In this document: positions 59,229 through 64,000 of the stretch, piece after piece
How positions within the stretch are numbered: the stretch's first letter is position 1
Layout of the letters: each line of letters opens with the position of its first letter
Origin: Candidatus Levyibacteriota bacterium
Lineage (GTDB): Bacteria; Patescibacteriota; Microgenomatia; Levybacterales; UBA12049
NCBI GenBank assembly: GCA_016182425.1
Contig: JACPGP010000014.1
Location: 26,846-90,845 of the forward strand
Direction of reading: 5' to 3'
DNA length: 64,000 bases
The notes under the pieces: model-generated
The model's database searches: none
What the model was told of the DNA's origin: nothing
Seen by the model: the letters and a program-made list of their open reading frames with translations, nothing else
Position numbers and translations under genes: made by a program

Positions 59229-59969
59229 GTGAGTGCACAAAATAGAAGGAAAACCCACGAGGTATTTCATAAAAGGGCTCTTTTACAAAAAAGAATAATA
59301 AAGGAAACTAATTTCACTTATAGAATTATTCTTTCTGTATTAAACAAATATTTTATAGAAAAAAAGAAAATTTTAGATATTGGTTGTGGCGTTGGAACAA
59401 TATGTCTATATTTAGCAAATAGAAATAATAATGTTTTTGGAATAGATATTTCTCAAAATGCTATTACCTCCTGTAAGCAAAGTGCTAAATCTTTACATAT
59501 TAAAAATGCTTCTTTTGAAAGAATGGATTTTCCGAATAGTATACCCGATGAAAAATTTGATTATATTTTGTGTAGCGAAGTAATTGAGCATCTCGAAAAT
59601 GATGAATTAGCTTTAAGAAAAATATACTCACTTTTAAAACCAAAAGGAGTTGCTATTATTTCAACTCCTTCAAAAAATGCCCCACTTTATAGACTAGGTT
59701 TAGCAAGAAATTTTGATCAAAGAGTTGGCCATTTAAGACGTTATGATCTGGAAGATTTGGTAGGAATGTGTAGGAAAACAGGATTCCATATATTAGAAAC
59801 AAGAAAAACAGAAGGAGTATTAAGGAATTTCTTATTTCTAAATCCGATTGCTGGGAAGTTTGTCCGATTTATTAAATTCTTTATTTCTGATATAGTGACT
59901 TTTCTTGATGAAATTTCACTGAGGTTATTTGGTGAGTCACAGGTATTTGTTGTAGTTGGAAAACCATGA
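59229..59969 (+). CDS. Class I SAM-dependent methyltransferase
   Basis: ILDIGCGVG, GIDIS, CSEVIEHL, ISTP, GHLRRY. Confidence 0.92.
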   Translation: MSAQNRRKTHEVFHKRALLQKRIIKETNFTYRIILSVLNKYFIEKKKILDIGCGVGTICLYLANRNNNVFGIDISQNAITSCKQSAKSLHIKNASFERMDFPNSIPDEKFDYILCSEVIEHLENDELALRKIYSLLKPKGVAIISTPSKNAPLYRLGLARNFDQRVGHLRRYDLEDLVGMCRKTGFHILETRKTEGVLRNFLFLNPIAGKFVRFIKFFISDIVTFLDEISLRLFGESQVFVVVGKP

Positions 59970-60964
59970 CTATTCTTTTCTTCTCCCGGCTTTTTTGGCC
60001 GCATGGGGGTGGGGTGGAGAGGCATGTTTTGGAGGTGGGGAAGAGGTTAGCTAAAAAAGGGCACAAGGTAACGGTTGTAACAGAGAGCGCTGGAAATTCG
60101 GGAAATATTTTTGGCATACACATTGTGCGACATGATTTTGGAGGGGGGGACTGGTTTAAAAAATTTCGGATTTGGAAGTGGTTGTGGCAGCATAGAGAGC
60201 TTATAAAAAATGCTGATATTGTGCATGCCCATGACGTGTTTTTCTGGTATCTACCGTTTCGGTTTTTGTATCTTAGCAAACCTGTCTATACCACATTTCA
60301 CGGCTACGAAACTAGGTTTCCCCCTGCAAAAAAAGCCATTTTCTGGCGTAAATTAAGTGAGAAGTTATCGTGGGGCAATATTTGTGTAGGAGACTATATA
60401 CAAAAATGGTATGGTACGATGCCGACCTACGTAACGTATGGAGGCGTAGACGTTCACCTCGGAGGAGTCCATCCGGCCACCTCCGAGGTGCTAAAGATCA
60501 TGTTAATTGGGAGGTTTGAGAAAGATATTGGAGTTTTTCAATATTTAGAAACATTGGATTTTCTAAAAAAACAAAAAATTGATTTCAGATTTGAAGCGTA
60601 TGGGGAAGGCTTGCTGCAAAGACAAATAGAAAAGTATGGAAAAGTATATAGGTATCCGAAAAATATTGAAGAAAAAATTGCAGGTGCGGATGTGGTGTTT
60701 GCGTCGTCGTATCTTTCTATACTGTCAGCTATGGCTGCTAGAAAGCCAGTTATAGCTGTATACACCAACCCGCTTAAAAAGGATTATCTTACTATGATTC
60801 CATTTAGTAAATTTATTTCTATTGTTGACTCGGCAGATAAAATTGCAGATGAAGTCGAAAATTTAGGAAAAACACAGACGAGGGTCGAGCAGGCGTACGC
60901 GTGGGCAAAAGAGCAGACCTGGGAAAAGGTGATGGAAATGTATCTAAAACTTTGGAGGATATGA
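59966..60964 (+). CDS. GT4 glycosyltransferase
   Basis: GGGVERH, HAHD, TFHG, GRFEKD, TWE. Confidence 0.85.
   Translation: MTILFFSRLFWPHGGGVERHVLEVGKRLAKKGHKVTVVTESAGNSGNIFGIHIVRHDFGGGDWFKKFRIWKWLWQHRELIKNADIVHAHDVFFWYLPFRFLYLSKPVYTTFHGYETRFPPAKKAIFWRKLSEKLSWGNICVGDYIQKWYGTMPTYVTYGGVDVHLGGVHPATSEVLKIMLIGRFEKDIGVFQYLETLDFLKKQKIDFRFEAYGEGLLQRQIEKYGKVYRYPKNIEEKIAGADVVFASSYLSILSAMAARKPVIAVYTNPLKKDYLTMIPFSKFISIVDSADKIADEVENLGKTQTRVEQAYAWAKEQTWEKVMEMYLKLWRI
60448..60490 (+). repeat. REP-like hairpin element, copy 1
   Basis: 11-bp perfect inverted repeat CACCTCGGAGG/CCTCCGAGGTG; first 22 nt identical to 61118-61139. Confidence 0.9.
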
Positions 60965-61896
60965 AGATTTCGTTTATTACAACTGTTTTTAATGAGGAAG
61001 CGACAGTTGAGGCGCTGTTGGAATCTATCATACGGCAGTCGAGGATGCCGGATGAGGTAATTATTGTAGATGGAGGAAGTACAGACGCTACGGCATCTAT
61101 AATTTCAAATTTCACAAAGACGTTCACCTCGGAGGAGTCGAAGTCGCTGCTTCGCCACCATCCGAGGTGGAAAACTATTACGAAAAAAGGAAACAGGGCG
61201 GTGGGGAGGAATGAGGCGATAAGGCAGGCGAGTGGGGATGTTATTGTATCTTCGGATGCGGGGTGTGTGTTGGATAAGGATTGGGTGAAAAATATTACCG
61301 AGCCGTTTAAAAATAAAGATGTCGATGTTGTTGCAGGATACTACAAAGGCATGCCAAGAACAATATTTCAAAAGTGTCTTGTACCGTATGTTTTGGTTAT
61401 GCCGGATAAAGTTGATCCACAAAATTTTCTTCCGGCAAGCCGTTCTATGGCATTTACAAAAAAGATATGGGAAAAAGCAGGAGGTTTTCCAGAAAAATAT
61501 TCCTCAAATGAAGACTTTGTATTTGCAAAGAGACTTAAAGAAATTAGCGCAAAAATTGTCTTTGCCAAAGATGCAATTCTCTATTGGATGCCTCGAAAAA
61601 ACCTCAAAGAGGCATTCGCTATGTTTTTTCGTTTTGCCTATGGTGATGCGCAAGCAGGAATCTTGCGGCCAAAAGTTTTTTTAATCTTTCTTCGTTATTT
61701 TCTTGGTGTTCTATTATTGTTAAGTTATATTAATGCTTTCTACGTAGTAGTTATTTTGTATACGGTCTGGTCAATATGGAAAAATTATCGCTATGCCAAA
61801 AAGTGGCAAGCAATTTTTATTTTGCCTATACTACAGATAGTGTCTGATATGGCGGTTTTATTAGGGACAATATGGGGTATACAAAACAAGCGATAA
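60961..61896 (+). CDS. GT2 glycosyltransferase
   Basis: MKISFITTVFNE, VDGGSTD, RNEAI, SDAG, NED. Confidence 0.92.
   Translation: MKISFITTVFNEEATVEALLESIIRQSRMPDEVIIVDGGSTDATASIISNFTKTFTSEESKSLLRHHPRWKTITKKGNRAVGRNEAIRQASGDVIVSSDAGCVLDKDWVKNITEPFKNKDVDVVAGYYKGMPRTIFQKCLVPYVLVMPDKVDPQNFLPASRSMAFTKKIWEKAGGFPEKYSSNEDFVFAKRLKEISAKIVFAKDAILYWMPRKNLKEAFAMFFRFAYGDAQAGILRPKVFLIFLRYFLGVLLLLSYINAFYVVVILYTVWSIWKNYRYAKKWQAIFILPILQIVSDMAVLLGTIWGIQNKR
61118..61169 (+). repeat. REP-like hairpin element, copy 2
   Basis: CACCTCGGA/TCCGAGGTG arms with inner CGAAG/CTTCG stem; preceded by (AATTTCA)x2. Confidence 0.9.
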
Positions 61897-63092
61897 AAGG
61901 AATTTCGTGGATTGGACTTCTTCGTGCCGCAACACGAATTGTGTCATTTGGAAAAATAGCGGTGCTTGCCCGTATTTTAACTCCTGCCCAATTTGGTGCT
62001 TATGGCATAGCTGCTTTAGTATTATCGTTTCTTGAAATTCTTACAGAAACAGGTGTTAATGTTGTTTTAATTCAGGAAAAAGAAACAATAGATAGGTATA
62101 TTCCAGCAGCCTTTGCGGCATCGATTATTAGAGGAATTCTAATTTCTGCTTTTATTCTTTTGGTTTCACCATTTGTAGCAGCGTTTTTTCAAACACCAGA
62201 ATCTTTGCCTCTTTTGCAGCTTATTAGTGTTGTGCCGCTCTTGCGGGGGTTTATTAACCCATCTGTAGTGAAGTTTCAGAAAGAATTGCAATTTCAAAAA
62301 GAATTTTGGTATAAATTTTCTGTTTTTACCCTTGATGCAGTGATGGCAATGATTTTTGCATATCTTACCAAAAACCCAGCGAGTATTGTTTTTGGTCTTA
62401 TTGCCGGTGTTATGTTTGAAGTAGTCTTGTCGTTTGTAATTGTTAAGCCGCTCCCCCACTTTCGTTTTGAAACAGCGTATCTTACAAAAATATTGCACAG
62501 AGGGAAATGGGTGACGTTGTCTGGCATATTTCATTATCTTTTTCAAAACGGAGATAATATTGTGGTGGGAAAACTGCTTGGGTCAAGCTCGCTTGGGTTG
62601 TATCAACTTGGGTATTCGCTGGCGATATTGCCAGTAAGCGAAGTTGCCGATGTTGTCTCGCGTGTAACATTTCCAGTGTATGTAAAAATAGCAGAAGAAA
62701 AAGAAAGGCTAAGAATGGCATTTATAAAAACAATTCTTGTTATTACTTTTTGCACGCTTCCTTTGGGAATTATTCTTTTTATTTTTCCGGAAGATGTAGT
62801 GCGATTTGTTTTTGGAGAACAATGGTTAGGGGTAGCACCAGCGCTTCGAGTTTTGGCGATTTTTGGGGTTGTTAGGGCAATTTCTGGTTTTTCGGCAACG
62901 CTTTTTTTAAGTATAGGAAAACAGGAATATGTTACTATTGCAACCTTTGTCAGCATTTTAGTATTGGCAATAACAATTATTCCGCTTGTTATGCAATTTG
63001 GTCTTTTAGGAGCGGCATTTTCGGCGCTTTTTGGAAGCATTGCAGCCTCTTTTTTATATTGCTATTTTGTGCAAAAAGTATTTAGACAATGA
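61872..63092 (+). CDS. wzx: Wzx-type polysaccharide flippase (WzxC-like)
   Basis: LARILTPAQFG, DNIVVGKLLG..LGLY, RVTFP. Confidence 0.9.
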   Translation: MGYTKQAIKGISWIGLLRAATRIVSFGKIAVLARILTPAQFGAYGIAALVLSFLEILTETGVNVVLIQEKETIDRYIPAAFAASIIRGILISAFILLVSPFVAAFFQTPESLPLLQLISVVPLLRGFINPSVVKFQKELQFQKEFWYKFSVFTLDAVMAMIFAYLTKNPASIVFGLIAGVMFEVVLSFVIVKPLPHFRFETAYLTKILHRGKWVTLSGIFHYLFQNGDNIVVGKLLGSSSLGLYQLGYSLAILPVSEVADVVSRVTFPVYVKIAEEKERLRMAFIKTILVITFCTLPLGIILFIFPEDVVRFVFGEQWLGVAPALRVLAIFGVVRAISGFSATLFLSIGKQEYVTIATFVSILVLAITIIPLVMQFGLLGAAFSALFGSIAASFLYCYFVQKVFRQ

Positions 63093-64000
63093 AGATTGCA
63101 TTTTTCCACGAATTGCCATTTGGCGGCGCACGAAGGGTGGTTAATGAATTTGGAAAACGATTAGCAAAACATTACACCGTTGATCTTTTTTATGTTGACA
63201 AGGAAGAGGATGTTGATGTTTCGTTTTTCCAGCAGATATTTTTCTTTCCATTTACTTCTTCCGAATGGTCTGGTAAAGCATGGAGGAAACGACTATACAA
63301 GGATACTGTCGAACTTTTTAGACTTGCGAAGCTTCATAAAAAGATTGCAGTACAAATTGATAAGGGTGGATATGATTTTGTTTTTGTGCACCCATCACAG
63401 TTTACCCAAGCACCATTTCTTTTGCGCTTTGTTAAAACGCCAAAGATATACTTTTGCCAAGAACCTCTTCGGATTGTCTATGATAATTTTTTGCGAACTC
63501 TTCCCAAAACCTCTCTGCCCAAAAGAATCTACGAGCGGGGCATTCGAAAATTAAGGCAAGAGATAGATAAGAAGAATATAATATATGCCAATATGATATT
63601 GGCAAATTCACGGTTTGCAAATGAATGGATAAAAAGGGCATATGGAAGAAGCTCAAAAGTTTGTTATTTAGGTGTTGATGTTGATTTGTTTAAACCGCTT
63701 GAGGAAGAAAAAGTTTATGACATACTTTTTTTGGGACAAAAGCTGCCAATTGAAGGATACGATCTTTTAGAACAAGCGCTTTCTTTTTTTAGAAGGAAAC
63801 CGAAGGTAAAAATAATAGAGCGTGGTGCAAATGGGATAGGAATAGATGATCAGCAACTTGTAGAAGAATATAATAAAACAAAACTTGTCGTATGTTTAAG
63901 CAGAAACGAACCATTTGGATTAACGGCAATTGAAGCTATGAGTTGCGGGGTTCCTGTTGTTGCAATAAGAGAAGGTGGTTTTAAGGAATCGGTTGTTGAT
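63089..64000 (+). CDS. GT4 glycosyltransferase, 3'-truncated by the window edge (absent from the ORF track)
   Basis: ATG 63089 MKIAFFHELPFGGARR; ends ..EPFGLTAIEAMSCGVPVVA. Confidence 0.88.
   Translation, partial: MKIAFFHELPFGGARRVVNEFGKRLAKHYTVDLFYVDKEEDVDVSFFQQIFFFPFTSSEWSGKAWRKRLYKDTVELFRLAKLHKKIAVQIDKGGYDFVFVHPSQFTQAPFLLRFVKTPKIYFCQEPLRIVYDNFLRTLPKTSLPKRIYERGIRKLRQEIDKKNIIYANMILANSRFANEWIKRAYGRSSKVCYLGVDVDLFKPLEEEKVYDILFLGQKLPIEGYDLLEQALSFFRRKPKVKIIERGANGIGIDDQQLVEEYNKTKLVVCLSRNEPFGLTAIEAMSCGVPVVAIREGGFKESVVD

Noticed and set aside
63180..63554. 124-aa ORF from the track
   Set aside because: Alternate frame of the GT4 that starts at 63089 and runs off the window
1..64000. Alternative genetic code (TGA as Gly)
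   Set aside because: Conserved genes such as murE, murB, glmS, mraY, ftsA and ileS end at TGA at expected lengths

Overview
AT-rich bacterial chromosome window read with standard code 11 (TGA used as stop), mostly + strand genes. Gene content looks like Patescibacteria/CPR, probably Microgenomates (inference). Layout: surface-glycan locus (1-14.5 kb); DUF4012 protein, recO, glyS; an extended dcw cluster from mraZ to ftsZ with extra GlmU/GlmS, hydrolase, DegT-type aminotransferase and FemAB genes; a divergent GT-C/GT2 pair; ileS, rodA, rplU, rpmA, parB, lepB; a tRNA locus; a TPP-riboswitch thiamine-salvage operon; three orphan ORFs; a large C39-like surface protein; and a second glycan locus. 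The main discovery is a complete tRNA-Val(CAC) (50089-50162) nested in the D-arm of a second, fully paired tRNA-Val(CAC) (50054-50229). It is carried in a CCCGCC...GGCGGGCAGG hairpin whose 21-nt empty form sits in frame in ileS. That hairpin belongs to a window-wide pattern of small GC-rich hairpins and 7-nt tandem arrays (loose consensus RRNNTCA) inserted in frame in protein loops. Also notable: widespread predicted leaderless promoters and an A8 tract that separates the surface protein from its membrane anchor. No CRISPR array, transposase or integrase was seen. All calls are by eye with no database search.
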